Source: a virus
Taxonomy: Duplodnaviria; Heunggongvirae; Uroviricota; Caudoviricetes
IMG/VR virus record: IMGVR_UViG_3300031133_000383
Span: 314,635-378,634 of that record
Reading direction: 5' to 3' (one strand)
Length of the DNA stretch: 64,000 nt
Every line of letters starts with the position of its first letter. Positions within the stretch are counted from its first letter, which is position 1. The notes beneath the pieces were generated by a model. The model saw only the letters and a program-made list of their open reading frames with translations, made no database searches and was not told the origin of the DNA. Positions 1-10,400 of this stretch are shown in pieces. A program made the translations under genes and the position numbers.

Positions 1-2
1 TT

Positions 3-170
3 GTAAAATTCAGTGATTACACTAATCCAGTTCGATATTTAAGTGCAGTCGCCACACCAATTTATCTAAAAAATCGGCTAAACAATGATGAATATGATCG
101 TTTGGAGCAGTTGGCTTCACTCAACAACTGTGCTAAAGAACCAATACTTGTTTTTACACAACTTGATTAA
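3..170 (+). CDS. 3' end of a gene truncated by the window edge
   Basis: Frame 3 is open from nt 3 (VKFSDYTNP...FTQLD) to TAA at 168-170, followed by hairpin cccga-actga-tcggg. Confidence 0.6.
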   Translation, partial: VKFSDYTNPVRYLSAVATPIYLKNRLNNDEYDRLEQLASLNNCAKEPILVFTQLD

Positions 171-199
171 ATAAAGCCCGAACTGATCGGGATTAATAT

Positions 200-814
200 T
201 TAAAGAATTGCGGCATTCCAGCCAACATATACTTGTTTAGAATAACACTTTGAAAGACAGTATCCATATTTTGCAAGCAGCCATAATACAAAATCAATTA
301 TAAATATATGGCCTTGTCTATTACTTATGTCCTCTATGGCTATTTTAGATTTTTCACTCATATTGTTCAATTGATGAATATATCTAAAAATATCTTTTAC
401 ATCGTCAAATTCCTTCAATTGAGGGGGTAGATGTTTTCCTTCTATCCTGTATTTTTCAATAGCACCTTTAGTTCTGTAAGAATGTTCATCTGCAAATGTA
501 TAAACAGATGGATTTTGTTTATATATTTTGTATTCATTAAGACCATTTTCAAGATCTAAGAAATCAATCCCTACATTTTTATTTATCTTTTTTAAGGTTA
601 ATCCATCTTGTGCCATTAAATTGAAAAATATATCAAATACGTAGATGCGTAAATTGGACAGAGAATGAGAATCAAATAGGTTTTCTTTAGCCTTGTCATT
701 TTGATAAAGAAAACAGAAGAATTCAATTAGGTTGGCTTTATCATCGACACTTCGTAGAAAAGAAGGAAGATGTTTATTTGAATCAATCCATTTTTCCAAA
801 TTTGTTTTTTGCAT
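200..814 (-). CDS. Hypothetical protein with a two-fold internal repeat
   Basis: KHLPSFLRSVDDK...IYVFDIFFNLMAQDGLTLKK repeats as KHLPPQLKEFDDV...IFIIDFVLWLLAKYGYCLSK; SD aagggg. Confidence 0.8.
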   Translation of the reverse strand: MQKTNLEKWIDSNKHLPSFLRSVDDKANLIEFFCFLYQNDKAKENLFDSHSLSNLRIYVFDIFFNLMAQDGLTLKKINKNVGIDFLDLENGLNEYKIYKQNPSVYTFADEHSYRTKGAIEKYRIEGKHLPPQLKEFDDVKDIFRYIHQLNNMSEKSKIAIEDISNRQGHIFIIDFVLWLLAKYGYCLSKCYSKQVYVGWNAAIL

Positions 815-877
815 AAAGTCCCCTTAAATAGAGACTTATTATAACATAGAACTTCTTTTTGATCAATTATTATGGAG

Positions 878-1402
878 TTACAAATTATTTTTTCTTAATT
901 TATTTCTGATTTCATTCGCAATGTTTTCTTGATGGGCTGGTGGATTTTTTATACTTTCTTCAATAATCTTTTTAACATCTTTGAAAGCTTCGCCAACATC
1001 AAGTTCTCCTAATTTTTTTAAAAATTCTTGTCCATGTTTTTCATTGTACAATGACTGCATTGGCTTATCTAAATCAGGATTACTTACCAGATCTTTATTG
1101 GTTCTATGATTGAGGTATGAAATCAATCCTGCTCCTATTCCTATGCTGGCTGGTAAAATGGAGCCTATCAATCCACCATTCCCCATTCCTCCCATGTAAG
1201 ATGCACCTATCAACATGCCTACTGGTAGTGTTGCCACCAATGTTAATCCAGCCGATGAATATAAATAATCTGCAAGTTCATCTCGACGATCAATTTTTTC
1301 ACTAACAAACTCATAATCACTTAGGGTTTCGGAAAAATCGTCAACTAACCCTTGTACTTTATAGGATAAATCATCAGCTATTTTTTTATCGAATAATTTC
1401 AT
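878..1402 (-). CDS. Membrane protein with two Gly-rich hydrophobic segments and a basic C-terminus
   Basis: AGLTLVATLPVGMLIGASYMGG and GGLIGSILPASIGIGAGLISYL; ends IRNKLRKNNL. Confidence 0.75.
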   Translation of the reverse strand: MKLFDKKIADDLSYKVQGLVDDFSETLSDYEFVSEKIDRRDELADYLYSSAGLTLVATLPVGMLIGASYMGGMGNGGLIGSILPASIGIGAGLISYLNHRTNKDLVSNPDLDKPMQSLYNEKHGQEFLKKLGELDVGEAFKDVKKIIEESIKNPPAHQENIANEIRNKLRKNNL

Positions 1403-1573
1403 TTTTGTATTTAATATTGTTTATAATTATTTTATCATATTTATTTTTAATTGAAACACTTATATTATTTTCAATATTGTCATGTTAACACCTATAGATA
1501 GCAATTTTTGTGGTTGCATAAAATAGGCAATATTGTTATAATCAGAATACAGAAACCATAAGGAAGCGTTGTA

Positions 1574-2041
1574 ATGTCAGAAAAGAAAATTCTACAAGTA
1601 GGTCAACTCATCAAATCTACAGGCTACATGTTTAAACAGGAATCTGATATTTCAGAAGTGATGGCGGAGTTTGGCAAAAACCATAGACGACTACGAGTAT
1701 TTCATGAAAAAGGTTTGTGCTGTTCAAACCCAGCTTGTCGCAATACAGGAACGCGGCTGATTCTGGCTGTTGATAAAACGGGCGGTCTACACTGGGATAT
1801 TTATACCGATAGTCTGATCCTTATGAATATTGATCATATTGTTGCAAAATCCAAAGGTGGTAAGGATTATATTGGAAACCTTCAGCCCATGTGTAAATTT
1901 TGTAATTCTATGAAAGGCACTCTGGATATTGATAATGAAGCGTTAGCCTTGTTGTATCACGAAAACAACAAACTGTACAAAATGGAGAAAAATAGTCGCA
2001 ATCTTCAAAAGAAACGAGAGCTTAGACCTGCTCAGGTTTAA
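1574..2041 (+). CDS. HNH endonuclease
   Basis: CSNPAC...NIDHIVAKSKGGKDYIGNLQPMCKFCNSMKG matches the HNH motif; SD aagga. Confidence 0.9.
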   Translation: MSEKKILQVGQLIKSTGYMFKQESDISEVMAEFGKNHRRLRVFHEKGLCCSNPACRNTGTRLILAVDKTGGLHWDIYTDSLILMNIDHIVAKSKGGKDYIGNLQPMCKFCNSMKGTLDIDNEALALLYHENNKLYKMEKNSRNLQKKRELRPAQV

Positions 2042-2090
2042 TATCAGTTTTATTGCTCTATATTACTATGAATAAAATATTGATGAGGAA

Positions 2091-2516
2091 ATGGGTATGT
2101 TTAACACACTAAAATCATTGTTCAAAAAGGATGATGAAATTACTATTTTCAATAAAAAAAGTAATGTTAAACATGCAGGTTTTAGCGTATCACTTGATAT
2201 GGATTCCAGTCAATATGTATTAAGTATTCATGATTTTCTAGAAAACACCACTATTCTTTGCTTTCCAAAAAATAAAGAAGATGTAACGGCACATTTGAAT
2301 CAATTGGATTCCGACATTAGCTATTCATTGAAAGATAGAAACAAAAAAATAATGATTCGTGCTGAATATTTGTTTCATACCATATTGAACTACCAAAAAA
2401 ACAAGTATTATTTCCATGCTTTTGTTAATTATCGCAAGCTAATGAATTTGACAGTTTCTAATAAAAAATTAATGACCCAATACAATAACCGAATCGAAAA
2501 AGAAAATTTTCTTTAA
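2091..2516 (+). CDS. Hypothetical protein
   Basis: 141-aa ORF with SD gagg. Confidence 0.7.
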   Translation: MGMFNTLKSLFKKDDEITIFNKKSNVKHAGFSVSLDMDSSQYVLSIHDFLENTTILCFPKNKEDVTAHLNQLDSDISYSLKDRNKKIMIRAEYLFHTILNYQKNKYYFHAFVNYRKLMNLTVSNKKLMTQYNNRIEKENFL

Positions 2517-2731
2517 AAGGAATCAATAATATGAATACAAATGATTCGAAAGCTGTCATTAAAGCCATCAATGAATCAATGGCAATTTTAAAGAAAGTTG
2601 ACAAGAAAAAGACAAAATACTGATATAGAAGCCTTCTAGAATTTATTGTCATATATTGTTATTTTGTTAAAGCTTAATTTTTATTAAATATTGAAAATGA
2701 TTAAGTATTCTATTGTATGATAAAAGCCACT

Positions 2732-3823
2732 TTATGGCTTTTTAATTTTTAATTTTTCTTCAGCTATTTTTTCAATTTTGAAACTATCTCTACTTTTGAT
2801 AAAGTCATTTTGATCTTGATAATATCGTATTGTCTTGAATTTATTATCTTTCAAAAACTCTATAATTTTTTCTTTTTTTTCTTGTCTATTTGATGTATGT
2901 GTATTATTTAAATCATATAACTGATTGAGTTGATCAAATGTAATGTACTTTTTTAATTTCATTCCCAATACAAAAGTTGCAAAATTAACAGTTTCATTAC
3001 GTTCGTTGATTTCTGTGTCATTAAACATTACTCCCAAATTAGCGGTATCACTTTTAATTCCAAATCTTTTATCTAAATATTCATCTGGTTGATCCAGATT
3101 CAGGAACTCTTTTGCATTTTTTAATATCTGATATTTTATTTCATCTATCTTAGATCTTATATCATCATTCCTTTCTCTTACTATTTCTAAAAAACGAGAA
3201 AATTCTTGAGTAGATTTTTTGAAGTCTTCTTTAATATATCTTTCAAAGGAATTAAATAAATAATCTTGTTTTTCTTTTTGCTCATTTACCTCATCTTGGT
3301 AGAAATCTATCAAAGATAATGAATCAGTTGTATCATGGCCTTCCAGTTTTAAAAACAATAAATTTTTTTGCTCTTTTTCTAAAAGCCTATTTTGGATATT
3401 TTCTTCTTGTTTTGCCTCTATTAATTCAATTCTATATTCCTTCCATTGTTCAATTAAACCATTAATGTCATTTGAATATTCTTCAAGTTCAGAGTTGTAA
3501 TCAGTATCAATGAGATTTATAAGTTTTTCATAATCTTTTTCGTAAGAGAAAATATTACCTAATATGGCATTATATAAGTCTTCTGGCAGTTCATTTACTA
3601 GTTTTACAATATCATTAGCCCAAGTATTCAGATCATTGATAGCAGTCAGTAATTCAAAAAGTTCGACTTTTAAATATTGGGGATCTTGTTCCAAGTCTTC
3701 TTCATATATTTTTGTTGAATTTCTACGATCAAATTGTAATATATTTATTTTAGGACAGGTTATTTCATGTTTTTGATGAATCCCTAGTAAGGCGTCAACA
3801 CTGACTTGTTTTTTGTATTCCAT
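2732..3823 (-). CDS. Acidic coiled-coil hypothetical protein with basic C-terminus
   Basis: 363 aa, E/K/Q-rich helical composition; ends EKLKIKKP. Confidence 0.8.
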   Translation of the reverse strand: MEYKKQVSVDALLGIHQKHEITCPKINILQFDRRNSTKIYEEDLEQDPQYLKVELFELLTAINDLNTWANDIVKLVNELPEDLYNAILGNIFSYEKDYEKLINLIDTDYNSELEEYSNDINGLIEQWKEYRIELIEAKQEENIQNRLLEKEQKNLLFLKLEGHDTTDSLSLIDFYQDEVNEQKEKQDYLFNSFERYIKEDFKKSTQEFSRFLEIVRERNDDIRSKIDEIKYQILKNAKEFLNLDQPDEYLDKRFGIKSDTANLGVMFNDTEINERNETVNFATFVLGMKLKKYITFDQLNQLYDLNNTHTSNRQEKKEKIIEFLKDNKFKTIRYYQDQNDFIKSRDSFKIEKIAEEKLKIKKP

Positions 3824-3950
3824 TTTTACCTTATTTTAATAATTATACAGATAATAATAGTATATCATATTTTAAAAGACCTTCAAAAAAAAGTGTCTTT
3901 TTTATTATATATATGTTAAAATCTGATAAATTTATTTTGGAGCAATCTTT

Positions 3951-4715
3951 TTGAGACGATCTAATTCAGACATACGGACAATAGGTCCTGAAAAATATTT
4001 TATCGAAGAAACATTGCAGGGTTTTACTTATGATAAAACACGAGAACTTCATATTTTATCACAACTTCTTGACATCGATAAAAGTTTTTTAATCCATGAC
4101 CGTTACTTTTGGCTGTTGGAAGATTTGGGGTTTCAAGAATTAGATGCTTATTATTTTGAGTATAGAACACCAGCAAAAGCACTCTTCTCAGCAGGAGGAA
4201 TTGAAATTCCTCGTTGTCAAAAACTTTTTGTAAAAACAATCAATAAGGAAGGAGATAAATTAGAATTATTGTTTAAAAGAGTAACTACTAGTAATAATAA
4301 ATACGGAAATCATTATTTTTATTATTTAACAATTAAAGGATATGTTCATTTTGATAATAGTATTATGAAGAAAGAAAATGATTCATTGACTTATTTTGAT
4401 GAAAATGGCCAAAAGTTAATTTCTGTCAAATTAGCATTTAATTCGGTTATTCATACCTATCAAAAATTTCCTAATTGTGATCCCATTTTTAGTGTTATAA
4501 AATCTGATCGCGATATTTATGTTGAGATGATTACTTATCATAAAGAAAATGAAATTAATAATGTTTTTTTTAATTGTTTTGGAAAGCAGTTAGATTATTC
4601 ACATCTATGTGAGTTAATTCCAGAAATTGAAAAAATTTCTAAAGGCGAATTATTGGGATGGATTACAAAATTATCCGACAGTAATAAAAAAATAATTGAA
4701 ATGTATATATCATAA
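3951..4715 (+). CDS. Hypothetical protein, C-terminal EM-motif family
   Basis: SD ggag then TTG start; ends LSDSNKKIIEMYIS. Confidence 0.8.
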   Translation: MRRSNSDIRTIGPEKYFIEETLQGFTYDKTRELHILSQLLDIDKSFLIHDRYFWLLEDLGFQELDAYYFEYRTPAKALFSAGGIEIPRCQKLFVKTINKEGDKLELLFKRVTTSNNKYGNHYFYYLTIKGYVHFDNSIMKKENDSLTYFDENGQKLISVKLAFNSVIHTYQKFPNCDPIFSVIKSDRDIYVEMITYHKENEINNVFFNCFGKQLDYSHLCELIPEIEKISKGELLGWITKLSDSNKKIIEMYIS

Positions 4716-4728
4716 TAGGAGATAACAC

Positions 4729-5154
4729 ATGATTATATGGGTTTTAAAATACATTGATAAAAAACAGGAACTAGGTCCTTTGGGTATGTGGGATTCAGCT
4801 TTGGATAGCATTGTGTCTGTTTTTTTCAAAAAAAGTATAAACGAATATTATAAGAAGAAATTGGAAACTATTAAAAATAATACTTTACCTCCACGTTTTA
4901 AAAAGGGTGATAAAGTCTTTTTGTTTTTAGAACACAGTGAAGATATTGAATGTTCAATTGATTCCACTTTCTTTGATTACTCAAATAAAATATATTTTTA
5001 TTCCATATTTGAAGTCAATAACCAAAGAAAACATATACGCTATCCAGAAATGTTGTTCTATTTCAAAGAAAAAGATAGGTTTACACAATCAGAAATATCT
5101 TTTGTTGAATTAATGGTCCAATTAAAACCTGCAAAAAAAACAATTGCTGATTAG
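4729..5154 (+). CDS. Hypothetical protein
   Basis: SD aggag; PRFKKGDKV segment suggests an SH3-like barrel; ends in TAG. Confidence 0.75.
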   Translation: MIIWVLKYIDKKQELGPLGMWDSALDSIVSVFFKKSINEYYKKKLETIKNNTLPPRFKKGDKVFLFLEHSEDIECSIDSTFFDYSNKIYFYSIFEVNNQRKHIRYPEMLFYFKEKDRFTQSEISFVELMVQLKPAKKTIAD

Positions 5155-5214
5155 TTGCTTTTCAGAAATACATTTCATATAATAGCTGCCAACCTAAAGG
5201 AGCTATACGTAGTA

Positions 5215-5508
5215 ATGAGTAAAATTTTTTCAAAATTGACTTTTTTGGTGATTGCATTATTGGTTATTATAGTTACAGTTTTAGATTTATGCCGATTTTC
5301 TCAGCTAGCCACTTCATCCTATGAAAATCCTTGGTTTTCCAATTCAATTTCTCAGCCGTACACTACTTTTAGGTTGAGTCTTGTATCAGAAGACTATAAA
5401 CGCGAATACTGGACTCAAAATTCGATTGGATCTGAACGTTTGAAAATTCGCGAAATTGCTGTTAATGATGTTGTGTTCTGGACCATTATTGAACGACATC
5501 CCATTTAA
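5215..5508 (+). CDS. Membrane-anchored hypothetical protein
   Basis: SD aaggag before ATG 5215; N-terminal TM LTFLVIALLVIIVTVL. Confidence 0.65.
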   Translation: MSKIFSKLTFLVIALLVIIVTVLDLCRFSQLATSSYENPWFSNSISQPYTTFRLSLVSEDYKREYWTQNSIGSERLKIREIAVNDVVFWTIIERHPI

Positions 5509-5517
5509 AAACAAAGA

Positions 5518-6012
5518 CTACTGCAATTCTTTCTTAGGATCTGCAGTGTTGTCTTGAATTTGTTCCAATCCCGGATTATACATCACATAATGAACTGCAT
5601 TGTCTTGACACTGGAAGTAGGCCATGTATCTTTCAGATTTGTCAGGAATTATATAAGCAAAAGCAGCACCTTTTTGCACACCTTCTGTTGCATTTTTATA
5701 ATTTTCTCTAAATTGAACATCCAGTAATCCTGCAATACTTTGACAAGCCGCTTCATCAATCTGTGGAAGACCAATAGCTTCTATCTTTCTAACTTGTTTT
5801 TCATCATTGAAATAAACTTGATAAGTTTGAAATATTTTTTCTATAGGTTTTGGTGGATTAACTTGAACAGGTTCTAGAACTTTTGGCGTATAATTTGTTG
5901 GATAAAGCGAAGATTTTTCTCCGATGGTTATTCCAAAAGGTGAGAAATCAGCAGCATGAACCGTTGTAATTGCTGTCATTAATAAACAAACTTTCATTAT
6001 GTTACGTATCAT
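5518..6012 (-). CDS. Secreted/periplasmic protein
   Basis: Start moved to ATG 6012 (SD aggt); signal peptide MIRNIMKVCLLMTAITTVHA-ADF. Confidence 0.7.
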   Translation of the reverse strand: MIRNIMKVCLLMTAITTVHAADFSPFGITIGEKSSLYPTNYTPKVLEPVQVNPPKPIEKIFQTYQVYFNDEKQVRKIEAIGLPQIDEAACQSIAGLLDVQFRENYKNATEGVQKGAAFAYIIPDKSERYMAYFQCQDNAVHYVMYNPGLEQIQDNTADPKKELQ

Positions 6013-6193
6013 GATTTTACCTATATTGATTTTCGTGTTTATTAGTATAGAACCTTTTTTGTCAAAGTCAAAATTAATAAAAGTTGACGAAATACTCAAT
6101 ATGGTATATTATTACACTGTTTTAGACCTATTTATTTTAAATTCCTTCCTTTGCACCAATTTCCATGGCTTTAATTAATTTAAGGGAAATCTA

Positions 6194-6961
6194 ATGTCTT
6201 ACTATGTTCTGACACCTTTATTGACTTATCTGGCTTATATTGTGTTCTATGTCAAAATTGATGAATTACACATTGATATGGTGTTGATTAGAGGCCATTT
6301 GTTTAAAGCTATCTCATTGGTAGTTACTTTTCTTTTTGTTGTAATTTTAAATCAACTGGTTTCCTATGTTTTATTTAAAAACATATCATTTAATCCAACC
6401 ATGGCTTTTATGTCAATCTATCTTGGTTTGATGTGTGTTGTTTTCAAAAAAATTGATCATGTCAAATTTGATCATCAGCAATTTCATAGAAACCTAAATG
6501 AATGCAAAAATACTTCGGACACTGGCTTAACGGATCACGACTTCAATGCTATTGTTGCTGCAATTAGAAAAAAACAAACGTTAACTCATATGCTTTTTAA
6601 TGCTTATACTAATATATTTTTTATTCAAGTTCATTCGAAATGGTTAAAGGTTTTATTTTTACATGGAACGGATTCTTCTAGAAATTTGTTAAATCATTTT
6701 TCAGTAACTTCATCATCAATTATCAATAAAAATAAAACATCCTTTTTCAAACGATTTATTGGGATGATGATGCTTGATAGGTTCAAATATTACTCTTACC
6801 CAGCAAATGGTTCTATACCAGAAACTATTTTAAGTGTCCATTTTCTTTTAACTCAACCATTGGCACCTGTAAAGCTTATTTATGAGATTGACAAAAAGTC
6901 TCTTCAAGATGATTTAACACCAGCAGATTACTCTTTGATTGAAATGCTTAGCATAAAATAA
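6194..6961 (+). CDS. Membrane protein, C-terminal EM-motif family
   Basis: Three N-terminal hydrophobic segments; ends LTPADYSLIEMLSIK. Confidence 0.8.
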   Translation: MSYYVLTPLLTYLAYIVFYVKIDELHIDMVLIRGHLFKAISLVVTFLFVVILNQLVSYVLFKNISFNPTMAFMSIYLGLMCVVFKKIDHVKFDHQQFHRNLNECKNTSDTGLTDHDFNAIVAAIRKKQTLTHMLFNAYTNIFFIQVHSKWLKVLFLHGTDSSRNLLNHFSVTSSSIINKNKTSFFKRFIGMMMLDRFKYYSYPANGSIPETILSVHFLLTQPLAPVKLIYEIDKKSLQDDLTPADYSLIEMLSIK

Positions 6962-7079
6962 CAAATCCATTTTTCTATTTGAAACTTTCAAGTATAATGT
7001 GTTTGAAAAGTCCTAAGCTTTATAGATGATATTGAAATTAATTATTCAATGATTAAAATTTAATTTCACCCTTTGAAAT

Positions 7080-8659
7080 CAATTAGAGACTTGGAAGCCT
7101 CGTCCTTCAGGGCGGGGAGGAATAGTCTCTCATGTCTTCTTTCAATTGGCAACTTATTGAATGTTGACTTTTATTTTTAGTCTCCTATAATATTTTCTAT
7201 TATTTTTTCAACTTTTTTATATGTTGTCTCAGGAGAAACATTTGAAGCGTAACACTAAAAAGAAAAATCCATTGATTGAGACTAGAGTCTGCCAAATGTG
7301 GCTTAATTCTCTTTCTTCTTTCGATCATGATTTTCTTTTTAAACTTTCTACTCATTCTTCTCTTATGTACAATTTTGCACTTTATCAAATTCGGCAAAAC
7401 TATTTTAAATCAAATTTATTGTCTTTTAAAGATAATTATCATTTATGTAAAAACAATGAACACTTTTCTATCTTATTGAACGATTGCTCACAGCAAGTCG
7501 TTCAACTTGCTCATCGTGATTTTAATTCATTTCTTGGATTGTTAAAAGCCAAAAAGAAAGGCACTTATACTAAAGAAGTGAAAATAGCTCGATATAAGAA
7601 AAAAAATAATGAAACTGTTTTGTCAAATATCGTTATTCAAGGTCGTAGTATACGAATAGATCATAAACAATCATCAAAACTAGATAATGTTAATATATTT
7701 AAATTCAATGCTTCCAAGGCTTTTAAATTACTTTATCCCAATACAAGTCATTCTTTTGAATTTCAAGTGCCAAAACATATTCAAACCATTAATGAAATAA
7801 GAATTATTCCACATGGAAAAGCTCCTGTTCAATTTAAACTCGAAGTTGTTTACAAAACAACTATCGAGACAAAAAAAGATGATAATGGTCAATATCTATC
7901 AATAGATCCGGGTTTAAATAATTTAGTAGGTTGTTTTAATTCTAAAAACGGACAGTCGTTTATTATTGATGGTAAATATATTAAATCTATCAATCACTTC
8001 TATAATAAAAAATCGTCTAAGTTACAAAGTAAAATCGATTTACGTAAAAATGAAAAATTAGAAACAAATGATCTAATTAAAAAGAAAAATAAATTAACAC
8101 ACAAAAGAAACAATAAAATTAATGATTATTTCCATCGTTCTACAAAGTTTATTGTTGATTATTGTGTAAAACACAATATCAACAAGATAATTGTTGGTGA
8201 AAATAAAGAACAGAAACAAGATATTAATATCGGTAAAATCAATAATCAAAATTTTGTATTTATTCCTCATGCTAAATTCAAAGATGTACTTGAATATAAG
8301 GCAAAAGCAAAAGGTATTGAAGTAGTAAGATGCGAAGAGTCTTACACTTCAAAAACAAGTTTCATTGACCTAGAACCAATGAAACACCAAGAGAGCTATC
8401 TTGGTAGAAGGACCAAAAGAGGAATGTTCAAAAGCAAAGAAGGAATATTGATAAATTCGGATATAAATGGAGCAGCAAATATACTAAGAAAGTATTTAGA
8501 AAGTAGTGGCAAATTTAAAGAATGGAGAGATCTTTATTTTAAAGAAGCTAGTAAGGGTATCGTAAACTACCCAAAGAAGCAAACCTTGATCAGTTTACTG
8601 ATAAAGTCAGGCTTCAACAAAACTAAAAAAGCTCCGTCCTTCAGGGCGGGGTAGTTTAC
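7080..8659 (+). mobile_element. Non-autonomous IS200/IS605-family (IS1341-like, TnpB-only) element
   Basis: Subterminal palindrome cgtccttcagggcgggg at both 7101-7117 and 8635-8651; right end ...gtagtttac; no tnpA; removing 7080-8659 rejoins a reading frame (cct ttg aaa t|ac aac aag). Confidence 0.85.
7221..8654 (+). CDS. tnpB: RNA-guided endonuclease TnpB
   Basis: MYNFALY wedge; RuvC-I SIDPGLNN; RuvC-II IIVGE; EESYTSK; RuvC-III NSDINGAANI. Confidence 0.93.
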   Translation: MLSQEKHLKRNTKKKNPLIETRVCQMWLNSLSSFDHDFLFKLSTHSSLMYNFALYQIRQNYFKSNLLSFKDNYHLCKNNEHFSILLNDCSQQVVQLAHRDFNSFLGLLKAKKKGTYTKEVKIARYKKKNNETVLSNIVIQGRSIRIDHKQSSKLDNVNIFKFNASKAFKLLYPNTSHSFEFQVPKHIQTINEIRIIPHGKAPVQFKLEVVYKTTIETKKDDNGQYLSIDPGLNNLVGCFNSKNGQSFIIDGKYIKSINHFYNKKSSKLQSKIDLRKNEKLETNDLIKKKNKLTHKRNNKINDYFHRSTKFIVDYCVKHNINKIIVGENKEQKQDINIGKINNQNFVFIPHAKFKDVLEYKAKAKGIEVVRCEESYTSKTSFIDLEPMKHQESYLGRRTKRGMFKSKEGILINSDINGAANILRKYLESSGKFKEWRDLYFKEASKGIVNYPKKQTLISLLIKSGFNKTKKAPSFRAG

Positions 8660-8819
8660 ACAACAAGACAATTCTAAGCAGTATTATTCATTTCAAAGAC
8701 AAAAAATTTTCTCATCATGTGTTAAAACAAATAAGACCCGATTTTGTTTTTTTTAATACAGCATTACAAGAAACATTGAGCGAGCAGGATCTTGATCTTA
8801 TTGATATAATTAAATATTG
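8660..8819 (+). pseudogene. 3' remnant of an EM-motif-family gene interrupted by the TnpB element
   Basis: Open frame NKTILSSIIHFKDKKF...LSEQDLDLIDIIKY* right after the element; the 5' part (about 7000-7079) carries in-frame stops. Confidence 0.6.
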
Positions 8820-8910
8820 ATTATTTACTTTTTTTTATTTAATGGTATTATTTGTACTAATTTTTAAAAACTCTCTGTTAATAGATAATTGTTTAAGGAA
8901 CTTTTATAAT

Positions 8911-9651
8911 ATGTCAAACAATAGCTGCCGGTTAATTTATGTAGACGGCCCTCCTGAGTTCTTTATTTCAGGTGTTACATCTACACCTGTTATTAGAACA
9001 GCGTCCACCACTTCTTCTAGTTTTCCTAGTATTGAAAATTTTGATGAGCGTAGAAAAGACTTGTCACTGTTTAAGCTTGAAGCAATGACACAAGAAGATT
9101 TCAATATATTACTGTTTTCAGATAAGTTCTTCTTATTAGATGTTTTTGATAAACAAAAGCTTTTGGTTTTGCTGGATAAAGCTGTCGCTGATTCAGGATT
9201 TTTTGACTTGAAAGTTGAAGTTTTTTTTGAAGCACACAATGATGTTTTTTTAATGGTTAGTAAACTTTTTTATACCTTGGATTCAAAACCTTATATATTT
9301 TCAGACAAAAAAAGCTCTTCGTATTTTGTTGTGGGTCGATTCGGTTATTTCGATTTTTCGAACTTGTCTGTTTACGATAATAGCAACCTTTGTTATAAAA
9401 AAACACTCTACCAGTTTGAAGAAAAGTTGTATACTCAACTATCGATTAATCATCCTGAAATGAATAAAATACTTCCCTTAGCTATAACATATGATGAGTT
9501 TGGTATAGTATATGTTAACTATTATTACAATGGAAAATTAATAGAACATGATATTTTAAAAAATATCAAATTTGATTTTGATGCTAGAAAAAGTTCTTTC
9601 GATTATTTTACACACAATGAAATCTGTACTTTAAAAATGTATATAGAATGA
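8911..9651 (+). CDS. Hypothetical protein, C-terminal EM-motif family
   Basis: SD aagga before ATG 8911; ends FTHNEICTLKMYIE. Confidence 0.8.
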   Translation: MSNNSCRLIYVDGPPEFFISGVTSTPVIRTASTTSSSFPSIENFDERRKDLSLFKLEAMTQEDFNILLFSDKFFLLDVFDKQKLLVLLDKAVADSGFFDLKVEVFFEAHNDVFLMVSKLFYTLDSKPYIFSDKKSSSYFVVGRFGYFDFSNLSVYDNSNLCYKKTLYQFEEKLYTQLSINHPEMNKILPLAITYDEFGIVYVNYYYNGKLIEHDILKNIKFDFDARKSSFDYFTHNEICTLKMYIE

Positions 9652-9758
9652 TTGGTTATAATTAAAATGGTTGAAAAATAAACTTATATTATTCAATTAT
9701 TATGGTATCAATAGTTTTTTCATGATATAATAGCTTTTTAATTAATGAGATCATTACC

Positions 9759-10301
9759 ATGCAATCATTAGATCCTATTACTCTTATATTGTTTGAAATT
9801 ACTTTAACTGTTGCTGTTTTCTTGTCAATTTCAAGTTTGAGTGTTTTTTTATACTCATTGTTTAAATCAAAAAAACAAACTATATTTTCAAAGCCTGCTG
9901 GTTCATTAACTGAGTCCTGTATTTCTGCCAAGTTTATAGACTTTGATGATGAACTGAAAGATTGGCTATCAACTATCATTAAGTCACCTCTGCAATATGC
10001 TGATCCTGTTTGCGGCAAGCATTTAATCTATCATTATTTCAATAATGACATGGTTTATAATAATAAAAGAATTGATTGTACTCATGTAAAAATCAGGTTC
10101 AAATTATTGGCTTATCATAATGGATCGCAAAGCTTGTGTATCAATTTTGAAAAGCACTATGGTAGACCGCATTGGATTAACAAAGAGATGACCTATAATT
10201 ATCCTTCTACACAAGAAGATATTTATATTGACCTTTCTGATTTTGGGACTGTATGGCCTACATTGCTCGATAAATTATTTATTGTTGAAAAAAAGACTTA
10301 A
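9759..10301 (+). CDS. Membrane-anchored hypothetical protein
   Basis: N-terminal TM; promoter ttgaaa...tgatataat upstream. Confidence 0.7.
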   Translation: MQSLDPITLILFEITLTVAVFLSISSLSVFLYSLFKSKKQTIFSKPAGSLTESCISAKFIDFDDELKDWLSTIIKSPLQYADPVCGKHLIYHYFNNDMVYNNKRIDCTHVKIRFKLLAYHNGSQSLCINFEKHYGRPHWINKEMTYNYPSTQEDIYIDLSDFGTVWPTLLDKLFIVEKKT

Positions 10302-10400
10302 GACAATTGATAATCTATAATTTTTTATTACAACTAATTGACTTAATAGTATTAATATGTACATTATAGATTATCTTGTTGATAATGGAGTCTATAAACA

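Noticed and set aside
7221-8654. Cas12 / type V CRISPR effector
   Set aside because: Size, IS605-type palindromic ends and absence of any array or cas genes indicate TnpB
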